Notes: a model not told the origin generated them from the letters alone. A stretch of 61,210 bases of DNA from Bacilli bacterium (GCA_045615665.1 JAZLFJ010000001.1:1-61210); one strand, 5' to 3'. Shown: positions 19,832-30,056, counted from the first letter of the stretch. A program made the numbers and translations.

Positions 19832-20960
19832 GAGCTTTCACCTTTCTAGCGTATAAAACGACTTCTTCGCCTTCTCCGATGACTTCATCGTTTTCAAAAA
19901 CGACTGAGTTTGGAGCGATGACAGCATTTTTAACAACCGCATTCTTTTGAATTACGACGTTTGGCATAAGCACGCTATTTTCAACAGTCGCACCTTTTTC
20001 AACATAAACATAATCGGATATTACTGACTTTTTGACTTTGCCAAGGATTACTGCGCCTTGAGTAATAAGCGAATCAGAGATAGAGGCTTTACGACCGACA
20101 TATTGAGGTGGAGCGTAGGTATCAGCAGAATAAATCTTAAGACCACCCATAATAGCATCGAAATTTAAATCGGCTTTATCGCTGATTAAATCCATGTTTG
20201 CTTCATGAAGGGATTTGATTGTGCCAACATCTTTCCAATAACCTTTATATTCATAAGCGATAAGCTTTTTGCCCTCGCCTAAGAGCATTGGAATAATATT
20301 TTTACCAAAGTCATGATCGCTCTTTTCGTTTTGAGCATCTTTTATAAGGGCTCTTCGAAGAGTTTTATAAGTGAAAATATAAATTCCCATCGAAGCTAAA
20401 TTGCTTGTTGGATGAGCAGGCTTTTCCTGGAATTCAATAATCTTGCCATTTTTGTCAGCGACTAAAATGCCGAAGCGAGAAGCTTCTTCAATAGGAACTT
20501 CGTAAACCGAAATTGTACATTCAGCATTCTTATTAATATGTTCTTTAAGCATTTCATCATAAGTTGTTGAATAAATATGGTCTCCAGAGAGAATCAAAAC
20601 ATATTCTGGGTCACATTGATCAAGAAAATCGATGTTAGCATAAATAGCATCAGCGGTTCCTTTATACCACGATAAGCCTTCTTCGGTTTGACGAGGTGCG
20701 AGAGTGGTCGTAAGAGAACGAACACCATTTAGGCCCCACTTCTCACCGTTTCCAATATACTCATCTAGTGAAACGGATTCGTATTGCATCAAAACACCAA
20801 CTGTGTCGATGTGAGAATTTGCACAGTTAGATAACGGAAAATCAATAATGCGATATTTAGCACCAAAACTAACGGCTGGTTTAGCAACTTTTTTAGTTAA
20901 TGTTTCGAGTCTTGTGCCTTTTCCACCGGCTAGAATCATCGCAACTATTTTTTGTCCCAT
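19824..20960 (-). CDS. glgC: Glucose-1-phosphate adenylyltransferase GlgC
   Basis: LAGGKGTRL..LT...AKPAV, WYKGTADA, SGDHIY, YWKDVGT. Confidence 0.97.
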   Translation of the reverse strand: MGQKIVAMILAGGKGTRLETLTKKVAKPAVSFGAKYRIIDFPLSNCANSHIDTVGVLMQYESVSLDEYIGNGEKWGLNGVRSLTTTLAPRQTEEGLSWYKGTADAIYANIDFLDQCDPEYVLILSGDHIYSTTYDEMLKEHINKNAECTISVYEVPIEEASRFGILVADKNGKIIEFQEKPAHPTSNLASMGIYIFTYKTLRRALIKDAQNEKSDHDFGKNIIPMLLGEGKKLIAYEYKGYWKDVGTIKSLHEANMDLISDKADLNFDAIMGGLKIYSADTYAPPQYVGRKASISDSLITQGAVILGKVKKSVISDYVYVEKGATVENSVLMPNVVIQKNAVVKNAVIAPNSVVFENDEVIGEGEEVVLYARKVKAHE

Positions 20961-21072
20961 ATAACGTCCTTTCTTTGAGCAATCAAAAAATTATATTTTT
21001 TTGCAACTTAAAGTGTATCACATTCTTTTGCGCGAGTGTATGTATAAGAAAAAAAGAATCTTAAGATTCTTC

Positions 21073-23121
21073 TTATTTTCGTTCTCTTGTCTTATGTTGA
21101 TAATAGATTCCAAACAACCCGAATGGGACAATAGACACTAGTCCGACATAGAAGAACGGTCTAGCGATTTGATATCCTTTTGAATTCTTGAAAACTAAAT
21201 CGATTGAATATTCGCCATTAGGAAGTTCGAATGCAACTAATCCATCGACGTTTTTACCGCTTGCTAAATACTTGCCGTTTGAATAGATTTGATATTCGGT
21301 GTTATAGAATTGTGGGAACTGAATTAAGGCAGATTGACTGTTAATGTTAACATTAAACGAGTTATTTGGAGAATTGTATTTAGTAATCGCAATTTCTCCC
21401 TCACCTTCAAGGAAAACAGGATTGTATTTTGTGTAATCTTCCGCTGAATAAATGAACAAAGTTGGTTCGATATACCAGTAAGTTAAAGCTAGATGAACTT
21501 TCATCCAGAGCGAATTAGTGTAAGTTGGTTTATATTCCGAATCCATTAAAACGTATGGAACCATTTCGTTTTGGGCGCCCGAATATCTCGCGGTATAGTC
21601 GTTTGTTACATATTCGGCCGTAATTTGATCGCCATACATGTTGCGCTTCTCGTATTGATAATCCAAACGTTTTTCAATAAGTCCCTGCGATAAAGTAATC
21701 ATCAAAGTCGATAGCATTGCAAAAGATATAATTGTTTGGCGATACTTCTTCAAATAAGTAACGATTATGGTGACTAACATAAACACAAAGAACATAGTTA
21801 AGCCCCATAATCTCCAGGCAAATTGAGTCTGATAGAAAATGGAAGGCATATATTCCCAAACCCCAGGTACAAACATCAAGATGATGCAAATGAAAATTGC
21901 CACTAATAAGAAATAAATATCGAAATTGTACTTAGCTTTTCTTAAGCCAGTTTCTTCATCAAGTTCGGCCGGACTTCCTAGATAATCAAATGCTTCATAG
22001 ACAAGGAAAAATAGACCAAGTGCAACATATATTTCTAAACGAATTAAGAAGAAAACAGGAAGCGCGAATAAAGCAACCAAATTGATAAGCCAGCGATAGT
22101 ATTTATTTTTAGGAGCTTTCTTAATAAATGTATCCGCAATAAGCATGTTGATAATAGAGATAACGAAAATAAAAATAGAGAATAATATCACCGACACTGT
22201 TTCGACATTCCAACCGTCGCTTCCTTCGTTGTTTGAAATGAAAATTAAATTCAAAAAACCCGAGAAATGCGCGGATAATGAGGTTGAATCGGCCACATGC
22301 TCATAATTTGTCCAATCGATAATAGGATCATTTAAACGATAAATTCCAGATGTGCTAGTCGAAAGAGCATTAAAGAAATAAAACCCGACTAAACAAAGAA
22401 TCAAAACAGCTGATGCGGTAAGCGATGGCCAGATGGTAAAACCTTCTCTTTTTCGGATGAATTCTTTGACATTAAATGCAAGATAAAGAACACCAAAAAT
22501 TGCACACATTAATCCAGTATAAGGATGCGACATAATTGCACCAGCAGAACCAATCACCAAAGCAATATAGGGTCCAACATTGTATTTTTGGTCATGAACA
22601 ATTGAATATGCTCCATAAAAAATAAGAGGGATGAAACAAATTGCAACCGCTTCTGCAAATGCTGTACGACATACAGCGCAGAAAATTCGATATGGCATGA
22701 CGACGAATAAGACCGCAGCAATGATCGAGATATGAACATTATTTGAAATTTTATAAGCCAGCTTATAGAAGAACAAACCACCTAAATATGTAGAAAGAAT
22801 AATAACGGCTTTATAACCAAAAACAGCGTTTTGACCAAAGATAAAGGAAATTATTGCGGCAGCATAATGGGGAACTGGTCCGTAGAATCCATAGGTATTC
22901 ATTGCAAAACCACCCATGAAAATGTGGTTTGTGCTTAATCCAAAGTAACCATGATTGAAACCGTAAATTAAGTCTGTAATTTGGAAAAGATGGAAGCGAA
23001 TATCATCGCCTTCCACCACTCCATTAAAAAAGACAAAATAGTTCGAAACTAAAGTTGCAGCTATAAGCAAAACATATGGATATGATTTTTTTAGAATATC
23101 TAAAACCTTTTTACCAAACAT
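21073..23121 (-). CDS. Polytopic membrane protein, PTPS-related/YfhO-like (probable GT-C-type glycosyltransferase)
   Basis: GDDIRFH, FYGP, PYR...R.AFAE and QFAWR motifs, many TM segments, C-terminal beta domain plus TM. Confidence 0.6.
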   Translation of the reverse strand: MFGKKVLDILKKSYPYVLLIAATLVSNYFVFFNGVVEGDDIRFHLFQITDLIYGFNHGYFGLSTNHIFMGGFAMNTYGFYGPVPHYAAAIISFIFGQNAVFGYKAVIILSTYLGGLFFYKLAYKISNNVHISIIAAVLFVVMPYRIFCAVCRTAFAEAVAICFIPLIFYGAYSIVHDQKYNVGPYIALVIGSAGAIMSHPYTGLMCAIFGVLYLAFNVKEFIRKREGFTIWPSLTASAVLILCLVGFYFFNALSTSTSGIYRLNDPIIDWTNYEHVADSTSLSAHFSGFLNLIFISNNEGSDGWNVETVSVILFSIFIFVISIINMLIADTFIKKAPKNKYYRWLINLVALFALPVFFLIRLEIYVALGLFFLVYEAFDYLGSPAELDEETGLRKAKYNFDIYFLLVAIFICIILMFVPGVWEYMPSIFYQTQFAWRLWGLTMFFVFMLVTIIVTYLKKYRQTIISFAMLSTLMITLSQGLIEKRLDYQYEKRNMYGDQITAEYVTNDYTARYSGAQNEMVPYVLMDSEYKPTYTNSLWMKVHLALTYWYIEPTLFIYSAEDYTKYNPVFLEGEGEIAITKYNSPNNSFNVNINSQSALIQFPQFYNTEYQIYSNGKYLASGKNVDGLVAFELPNGEYSIDLVFKNSKGYQIARPFFYVGLVSIVPFGLFGIYYQHKTRERK

Positions 23122-23191
23122 GGAAATATCTTAACAAACAAAATAATAATATACAATTCACCGTTACAAATTTATTTGTTAAAATCAATGT

Positions 23192-23656
23192 ATGGCAAAA
23201 GTGAAACAAAGCGATAAATTAAGAGTCTCCACTTTTAGAATAATTTGGATTTTTGCAATCCTTTTTGTAGTGATGACTGCAATATTTTATGTTTCTTTTC
23301 AACACGATAATTTTTGGCCACTTGAAATAAGTTTTTATATTTACGCGCCTATTCTATTAGTTATGTCGATTTTCTTTTCTATTCTCACAATTAGAGCGAC
23401 GTATTACCAAGTCGATAAACATAGACTAATTCATTCAAAGATGGGGCAAGTCAAAGAATATCAATGGAAAGATATCCTCTATATTAATGAGGAATGGTCT
23501 AGAAAACACAAGATGTTACTCTTCTATATGGCAGATGGAAAAGATCGATATTTAGCATTCGATAAAGAGGGAATTATTTTTGAATATGCTCTTACTTATT
23601 CTCGTCTTTTATCCGAAGAAGAGTTCTTAGCGCGCTTTCCAAATGCAAAACTTTAG
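23192..23656 (+). CDS. Hypothetical membrane protein (2 TM + PH-like soluble domain)
   Basis: Two hydrophobic helices, then Y.VDKHRLIH...KEYQWKDI pattern. Confidence 0.65.
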   Translation: MAKVKQSDKLRVSTFRIIWIFAILFVVMTAIFYVSFQHDNFWPLEISFYIYAPILLVMSIFFSILTIRATYYQVDKHRLIHSKMGQVKEYQWKDILYINEEWSRKHKMLLFYMADGKDRYLAFDKEGIIFEYALTYSRLLSEEEFLARFPNAKL

Positions 23657-23717
23657 TTTACAAGGTTAATTAGTTTTGATAAAATACACAATGCTTTTAT
23701 AAAAAGAGGTAGAAATT

Positions 23718-23906
23718 ATGTCAAGAAAATGCCAAATCTCAGGAGTCGGACCAAAAAGCGGAAACGCTCGTTCACACTCAAATATTGCTACACGTCGTGT
23801 TTGGAATGCCAATTTACAAAAATATAAAATCAATATTAATGGCAGAATGGTCACCGTTAAAATGACCGCTAGAGCACATCGTGCTTTACTCAAAAACGCT
23901 AAATAA
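23718..23906 (+). CDS. rpmB: 50S ribosomal protein L28
   Basis: MSRKC.ISG...GNARSHSN.ATRR.WNANLQ; GAGG SD. Confidence 0.97.
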   Translation: MSRKCQISGVGPKSGNARSHSNIATRRVWNANLQKYKININGRMVTVKMTARAHRALLKNAK

Positions 23907-23920
23907 GTTCGATTTTATTT

Positions 23921-23950
23921 AAAAAGAGGGATGCTTTGCATCCCTTTTAA
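23921..23950. terminator. Bidirectional intrinsic terminator
   Basis: AGGGATGC-ttt-GCATCCCT flanked by A and T tracts. Confidence 0.8.
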
Positions 23951-23951
23951 T

Positions 23952-24644
23952 TTACTTTATCAAACTTAAGAAGAACAATATTTCTCCAATTATTGAAGCT
24001 AAAATTGTGATCCATTCCGATAAAGCGAGAACAAAGATTTTACCCCTTGAATAAACTCTTTCACCGTTCTCATTTACCTTATATTCAAGCTTAGCCCAAG
24101 AAGATAATTTTGGATTAACAATAATAAATAAAATAGATAAGGAAACGAGCGTGGATAAAATAGCGAGCACTAAAGCGGGAATTCTAGTTTCCCCAAATCC
24201 CCAATAATGTTTAAAAACTAAAAATGATAATAGAGTCGCCAATGCATTTGCTAAAAATGTTAAACACATCGAGATGGTTGCTAGATAAATGTGTGTTTTA
24301 GTAAATCTAGCATCAAAGAAGAACAACAAACAGTTGCTAATTGCTGCTAGAGCAAAAATACAAGTAACAAAAATCGTTAAGAAACCTAAATCCCCAAATT
24401 CACCTATAAGCGGAGTGATAAAGAAAATTGGAGAAAATGCAAAACCTGTTAATACAAACATTAAAGATTTGAAAACTGAAGCGACATTTGAATTAAGTTT
24501 CAAAAATTCGTATGGGAAATTTCGTAACGGTGAAAATTCTTTTTTTCTAAGACTAGAATTTAGTAAAAGTATCACCAAAAGGATAAGAAAAGAAAGTGCA
24601 AAACCAGCCAGCGAAAAAACCCAAATTAAATTCGAAGAAATCAT
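23952..24644 (-). CDS. Hypothetical integral membrane protein (~6 TM)
   Basis: Hydrophobic segments; coupled to the rpe stop (ATGA). Confidence 0.7.
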   Translation of the reverse strand: MISSNLIWVFSLAGFALSFLILLVILLLNSSLRKKEFSPLRNFPYEFLKLNSNVASVFKSLMFVLTGFAFSPIFFITPLIGEFGDLGFLTIFVTCIFALAAISNCLLFFFDARFTKTHIYLATISMCLTFLANALATLLSFLVFKHYWGFGETRIPALVLAILSTLVSLSILFIIVNPKLSSWAKLEYKVNENGERVYSRGKIFVLALSEWITILASIIGEILFFLSLIK

Positions 24645-25294
24645 CTTAAAGTTTTAATCCTTTCTTCAAAGTCGTCATGACCAAATAAATATGATCCGGC
24701 AACTAGAATATCTGCTCCGGCTTTACGGCACATTTGACCGGTTTCCCCATTGATGCCACCATCAACTTCAATTAAGCAATTTAAGCGGTTTTTGTCGATG
24801 ATTTTTCTTAATTCTACGATTTTTTCAAGTGCTTCTGGCATGAATTTCTGGCCCCCTTTACCTGGTTCGACAGACATCACTAAAACTAAGTCTAATTTGG
24901 GAAGCAAAGATACGATTGAATCCACTCCTGTTGCAGGTTTTATTGATATCCCAGCTTTGCAATTTAAGGAATGAAGTTTATCAACGATTTTATTGGCTTC
25001 ATCAAGCGAGCCAACCGCCTCAATATGGAAAGTAACAAGATCAGCACCACAAGAAACAAATAAAGGCGCTTCAATTGCAGGATCGCTAACCATGATATGT
25101 ACATCGTTAACCATTTTGTGATTCTTAGAATTTTGTTTAACTGTGGAGGCTTTAAAAGAAACATTTGGAACAAATTTTCCATCCATGATATCCCAGTGAA
25201 TATATTCTGCGCCAGACTTCTCTGCCAATTTAATTTCCTCAAAAAGTCTTTCTTTATCGGCGGCTAATAATGATGGAGATACAAGATGTTTCAT
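24641..25294 (-). CDS. rpe: Ribulose-phosphate 3-epimerase
   Basis: SPSLLAAD, HWDIMDG.FVPN, MSVEPG.GGQ.F, EVDGGI. Confidence 0.97.
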   Translation of the reverse strand: MKHLVSPSLLAADKERLFEEIKLAEKSGAEYIHWDIMDGKFVPNVSFKASTVKQNSKNHKMVNDVHIMVSDPAIEAPLFVSCGADLVTFHIEAVGSLDEANKIVDKLHSLNCKAGISIKPATGVDSIVSLLPKLDLVLVMSVEPGKGGQKFMPEALEKIVELRKIIDKNRLNCLIEVDGGINGETGQMCRKAGADILVAGSYLFGHDDFEERIKTLR

Positions 25295-26157
25295 TTTTTA
25301 AACCTCTCAATTCTATAAGGAAGCGAATCCAACAATTTAATATATGCTTCATAACCTTCTTTAAAAAGGTTGCCTTTAGATATTTCTTCTCTTATTTTAC
25401 ATTGTTTTTCATTTTGATGTAGACAATTTGAAAAATAGCATTGGGTGTATAAATCATTATATCCAGGGAAATACATCGCCAAATCTTCTTTGAAGATATT
25501 TAAGTCTAATGAAGAAAATCCGGGAGTGTCTGCAATAAAACCGTCTTCATATGGAAATAAAATAACTTCCTTAGTTTGATGTTTTCCACGACCTAATGCA
25601 TATGAATAATCACCAATTTTTCTTTCAAAATTTTTGTCGATAGCGTTTATCGCAGAAGATTTACCAACTCCAGTTTGACCCATAAAAACAATTGTCTTAC
25701 TTTTGATATCGTTTATAAGTAGATCAATCTCAGAATTTTCGTCTTTGCTTAAGTAATAAACTTTGATGTTTAGTTTTAAAAGATCATTTTTGATTGCCTC
25801 TAAATGACTTTTATCGCTTAGTTTATCTACCTTAGTAAAAATGACTGAAGCAGGAATCGAATTCATGTTAGCGTAAGTCAAAAACTTATAAAGAAGTTCA
25901 ACCGATAGTTCTGGTTCCACCACCGACATCGTAACAAAAATCATGTCGATATTGGCAACTTTAGGTCTAATTAATTCGTTCTTTCTTTCCTCAATATACT
26001 CAATAACCATTTCCTCATCGTTAAAAAGAACATCATCGCCCACTAATAATTTTTGATTTTTATGACGAAATATTCCTTTTGGAAATAGACGGTAATTGAT
26101 TCCGTTTGAATAGACAACATAAATTCCACCAACCGTGGATAAGATTTTCCCTAACAT
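25291..26157 (-). CDS. rsgA: Ribosome small subunit-dependent GTPase RsgA
   Basis: RP.VANID, TKVD, GQTGVGKSS, GKH.T, DTPGF, C.F.NC.H..E..C. Confidence 0.96.
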   Translation of the reverse strand: MLGKILSTVGGIYVVYSNGINYRLFPKGIFRHKNQKLLVGDDVLFNDEEMVIEYIEERKNELIRPKVANIDMIFVTMSVVEPELSVELLYKFLTYANMNSIPASVIFTKVDKLSDKSHLEAIKNDLLKLNIKVYYLSKDENSEIDLLINDIKSKTIVFMGQTGVGKSSAINAIDKNFERKIGDYSYALGRGKHQTKEVILFPYEDGFIADTPGFSSLDLNIFKEDLAMYFPGYNDLYTQCYFSNCLHQNEKQCKIREEISKGNLFKEGYEAYIKLLDSLPYRIERFKK

Positions 26158-27035
26158 TATTTAAGACCAAAAAATCTTTTTATAAAATTGCGCTTTTCTC
26201 GGAAATTATCCTTGTTTTGCATTGATATTTTAATTGCTTCAAGCATTTCATCCGCGCTTTGATAGCGATCTTTTGGATTCTTTTTGCAGGCCTTTTGAAT
26301 GATTTTATCAATCTCTTTTGCGACCTCAGGATTATATTTTGTAACGCTTGGAAATGGCTTTTTAATATGAGCAATTGCAATATCGATTGCGTGTCCAACT
26401 TCATAAGGAAGTCGACCAGTAATAAGTTGGAAGAAAGTAACACCCAAAGAATAAATATCGCTTTGAACTGTTGCGGGTTGACCTGAGCAAACCTCAGGGG
26501 CTAAATAGAAAACTGAACCCATGATACCTTCCTCAGTTTTTGTTTCATTAACATTAGAATCAACAGCAATTCCAAAATCTGAAAGTTTAATCGTTCCATT
26601 TGGAAGATAGAAAATGTTTTGAGGTTTAATATCACGGTGAATGATTCCATTTGAGTGAATATAACTGACCGCGCTTAAAAGCTGACACATGATTTCGCAT
26701 GATTCATAGACATTGATTTGCGTTAAAAATTCAATCTTTTCAAACAAAGTTTGACCTTTAATATATTCATACGCCATCCAAGGACGAGATTCATAATATC
26801 CTTGATCGTAAACTTGAATGATATTTGGATGATGCATGCTAGCGCAAGCTCTAACTTCATTTTCAAATCTAGTGACATTGTCAGGATTATAGAGCAACTC
26901 TTCTCGCATAATCTTAATTGCGACAGTCCTTCTTAAAACTGTATCGCTTGCTTCAAAAACTTCAGCCATACCGCCTGTACCAATACGAGCCGTTATTCTA
27001 TACCTTTCATCAATTAGATCGCCTATCTTAATCAT
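26157..27035 (-). CDS. pknB: Hanks-type Ser/Thr kinase (PknB/PrkC orthologue, kinase domain only)
   Basis: IG.GGMAEV, VAIK, HRDIKPQN, DFGIA, YLAPE; follows the PP2C gene; no TM or PASTA domains. Confidence 0.9.
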   Translation of the reverse strand: MIKIGDLIDERYRITARIGTGGMAEVFEASDTVLRRTVAIKIMREELLYNPDNVTRFENEVRACASMHHPNIIQVYDQGYYESRPWMAYEYIKGQTLFEKIEFLTQINVYESCEIMCQLLSAVSYIHSNGIIHRDIKPQNIFYLPNGTIKLSDFGIAVDSNVNETKTEEGIMGSVFYLAPEVCSGQPATVQSDIYSLGVTFFQLITGRLPYEVGHAIDIAIAHIKKPFPSVTKYNPEVAKEIDKIIQKACKKNPKDRYQSADEMLEAIKISMQNKDNFREKRNFIKRFFGLK

Positions 27036-27786
27036 GCTTATATGCCTCCCAGTATGCTATTCCGATGTTATCGGAACCACCATGACTTTTAGCAACACCA
27101 ATCAAAGTCTCGGCTTTTTGATCTATTCTTTCATTTGTTGAAAGCGCACTATGAATTTCAACTTCAGTCGCATTGTTATATAAACCATCTGAACAAAGTA
27201 AAATAGAAAATCCATTATTTGGATAAACTTTATAATCAAAACTGACTGACGGGAATGTTCCAACAGCGTTCATTAAAATATGTCTTTGAGAGGAAGTTTC
27301 TCTTTCTTCTTCATTTATCTTACCAGTCGCATATAGATATTCGACATAAGTTTGGTCTTCGCTTAATTGTTGAAGACCTTTCTTTCTAACAAAATATGCT
27401 CTTGAATCACCAGCATTTGCTACAAATATTGAATCGCCATATAAAACCGCCATGACGACAGTTGTTCCCATATCTTTATAAATGGGATCTTTTTGGGCTT
27501 CATCAAAGATGACTTTGTTTACTTTTCGCATTGTAGTGGCAATCCAACGACGAACCGAAACATAAGAAAGAAATCCGTTTTTCTTTTTAAATTCGACACT
27601 GACTGTATCGATTGCTAATTTGGAAGCGTAATCACCTTTATTGTGGCCGCCCATTCCATCGCAAACACAAAGCAAAACATTGCCAGAGGCATTGATTAAA
27701 GCAGTCGCTTGATCTTCGTTGGTCGAGCGAACGCAACCGATGTCGGTTTTAGCAATAAATTGTCCTTTGTAATTAGTGCCCTTCAT
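27028..27786 (-). CDS. prpC: PP2C-family Ser/Thr phosphatase (Stp1/PrpC)
   Basis: TDIG.VR..NED, CDGMGGH, MGTT, GDSRAY, LCSDGL, GG.DN. Confidence 0.93.
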   Translation of the reverse strand: MKGTNYKGQFIAKTDIGCVRSTNEDQATALINASGNVLLCVCDGMGGHNKGDYASKLAIDTVSVEFKKKNGFLSYVSVRRWIATTMRKVNKVIFDEAQKDPIYKDMGTTVVMAVLYGDSIFVANAGDSRAYFVRKKGLQQLSEDQTYVEYLYATGKINEEERETSSQRHILMNAVGTFPSVSFDYKVYPNNGFSILLCSDGLYNNATEVEIHSALSTNERIDQKAETLIGVAKSHGGSDNIGIAYWEAYKHD

Positions 27787-28813
27787 GTTCTTCCTTTGCT
27801 CTTAATTGCCCACAGGCAGCATCTATATCATTTCCAAATTCTTTTCTTACTGTTGTATTAACGCCATGTTGCATTAAATAAGAGAAGAATTTGTGAACTT
27901 GTTTTTCATCGCTTCTTTTAAATGAATTTTCATCCACAGGATTGTATGGAATTAGATTAACGTAAGCGAGAGTACCATTAATTAGTTTAACTAATTGTTT
28001 AGCACATTCAAGAGAATCATTAACATCTTTGAGCATAATATACTCAAAAGTAACTCTTCTTCCCGCATTTTTCTCATAGTAACGAACCGCTTCCATAAGC
28101 TCTTCCATCTTATAACCTTTTGAAATCGGCATAATCTTATTGCGAATTTCATCATTAGGCGCATGTAAAGAAATAGCTAAATTTGATTGAAGACCTTCAT
28201 GAGCATATTTCATAATTCCTGGAACTATTCCACAAGTGGAAACTGAAATATGTCTCGCTCCAATTGCCAAGGCTTTAGGATGATTAATAATACGGATAAA
28301 ATCGATAACATTATCATAATTATCAAAAGGCTCACCGGTTCCCATAACAACAACATGAGATACTCTTTGGCCCTTTTCTAAAAGCACTTCATTCATTACA
28401 AGCACTTGACCGACAATTTCATGGACTTCTAGATTTCTTTTCTTTTTAAGAAGACCACTTGCGCAAAAAGCGCAGGCCATATTGCAGCCAACTTGACTAG
28501 AGACACAAATTGCATTGCCATATTTATATGGCATGAGTGCAGTCTCTATTTTCGAACCGTCTTCGAGCTCTAAAAGCAATTTAATCGTGCCATCTTTTGA
28601 TTCTTGTTTTTTAAATATCTTTGGAAGAGTTAAGCAAAAATCACGATTTAGTTCATCTCTAAATGATTTTGAAACATCGCTCATCTCGTCGAAGGTCTTA
28701 GCTTTCTTTTCGTAAATCCAAGTGAAAAGCTGAGTGGCGCGGTACTTCTTTTGACCTCTTTCCATAAGAAGAGATTCGAGTTTACTTATTTCTTGTCCAT
28801 AGAGATTAATCAT
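27773..28813 (-). CDS. rlmN: 23S rRNA/tRNA m2A methyltransferase RlmN
   Basis: CVSSQVGCNMACAFCASG, MGTGEP, DIDAACGQL; likely ATG at 28813. Confidence 0.97.
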   Translation of the reverse strand: MINLYGQEISKLESLLMERGQKKYRATQLFTWIYEKKAKTFDEMSDVSKSFRDELNRDFCLTLPKIFKKQESKDGTIKLLLELEDGSKIETALMPYKYGNAICVSSQVGCNMACAFCASGLLKKKRNLEVHEIVGQVLVMNEVLLEKGQRVSHVVVMGTGEPFDNYDNVIDFIRIINHPKALAIGARHISVSTCGIVPGIMKYAHEGLQSNLAISLHAPNDEIRNKIMPISKGYKMEELMEAVRYYEKNAGRRVTFEYIMLKDVNDSLECAKQLVKLINGTLAYVNLIPYNPVDENSFKRSDEKQVHKFFSYLMQHGVNTTVRKEFGNDIDAACGQLRAKEEHEGH

Positions 28814-30056
28814 TTTGTCTACCTCTACGAAGAATAGCAAAATACATCGTTGTCATAAATGGATCAGACGTGATTTGTTGTTCTTCTTTTTCTAAAGAAA
28901 AATCATGATGCTTTTCTAAAAATTCTTTTATTAAGAGACTACTTTCTTTCTTGTTCAATGTATTAACAACATAGGTTAGTTCACCATCTTCATCAACCCA
29001 CTTGGAGCATAATTCTAAAGCATCTTTTTCGCCTTGGATAATCGCATCTAAATCGTCGCGATCAAAATGGAGTAAAAAATCAGGATATTTTGAAACAATA
29101 TCGAAACGAGTGGATAAAGGGAAAACAATTACTTTACTAAGCTTATAGCTCACACCTGCTCTTAAGGCATACTCATCATTTGCTTCAAAGAAATTAATGT
29201 TGCGCAATTTATTCATCCTTAAAAAACGCATTAATTCAATCCTTTGATTAAGATTAGGCACCATTAAATGTAGACCTAGTTTACCTTTAGTCTTAATAAT
29301 GGCAGTTTTCGCGAAATCATCGTCATATCCTGAATAAAGTAATACTTCTTCAAAGGGATTAATTAGTTCATCAATCAAGTTCTTAAAGCCTACTTTGACA
29401 TCAATATAATCGTAATTTTTAAAGGCATCAGTTAATTGATAACGTTTTGCACCTTTAATAAGAAGCATATCTTCAAAAGGAGATGAAAATTCAGGAAATT
29501 CTTTTAGAATTTGCTTTGTTGATGTCTTCAATGAATTAACAACATAAGTTTGATAATCATATCTAATTGAAGCGTTCAAAAATTTATTAACTAAACCATC
29601 GCCATAATGTTTTCGCCACATGTGAATTAGCCAAATAGGCACATTATATTTAGTGGCGAAATAAAAATCGCTGTCTTTTTCAAAAGAAATCATTTCTTCA
29701 AGTGAGCCTTTATAATCCAAAATTTGCTCACTTTTTATAAACTCATCATTCGGGATTTCTTCTTTCAAGAACCTATTGCAGTTATTTTTTGAAAGTAAAT
29801 GCAAATAGAAATTATTGGTTAAAGTAATAAAGAATAACGATTTTTGTTTAGGTGAAAAATTTATATTAAATCTTTGTAACAAATGTTCGAAAAGAAAATA
29901 ATGTTTCAGCGCTTCTTTAGCTAGAAGGACTGATATATTGCTGGATTGAAGTGTTTTTCTTTCGCTTGGAAAAATTTCATCGACTGCCTCGACAAAGTCT
30001 TTGCCATCGATGAGCACTAAATCGAGGATTTTCGCTCCAAGTTTTATTTCAACCAT
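28806..30056 (-). CDS. Divergent RsmB/Sun-like protein lacking catalytic motifs
   Basis: rsmB position; NusB-like N-terminus, YNVP.WLI..W...YG, VNSLK and collinear C-terminus; DAPC and YSTC motifs replaced. Confidence 0.7.
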   Translation of the reverse strand: MVEIKLGAKILDLVLIDGKDFVEAVDEIFPSERKTLQSSNISVLLAKEALKHYFLFEHLLQRFNINFSPKQKSLFFITLTNNFYLHLLSKNNCNRFLKEEIPNDEFIKSEQILDYKGSLEEMISFEKDSDFYFATKYNVPIWLIHMWRKHYGDGLVNKFLNASIRYDYQTYVVNSLKTSTKQILKEFPEFSSPFEDMLLIKGAKRYQLTDAFKNYDYIDVKVGFKNLIDELINPFEEVLLYSGYDDDFAKTAIIKTKGKLGLHLMVPNLNQRIELMRFLRMNKLRNINFFEANDEYALRAGVSYKLSKVIVFPLSTRFDIVSKYPDFLLHFDRDDLDAIIQGEKDALELCSKWVDEDGELTYVVNTLNKKESSLLIKEFLEKHHDFSLEKEEQQITSDPFMTTMYFAILRRGRQND

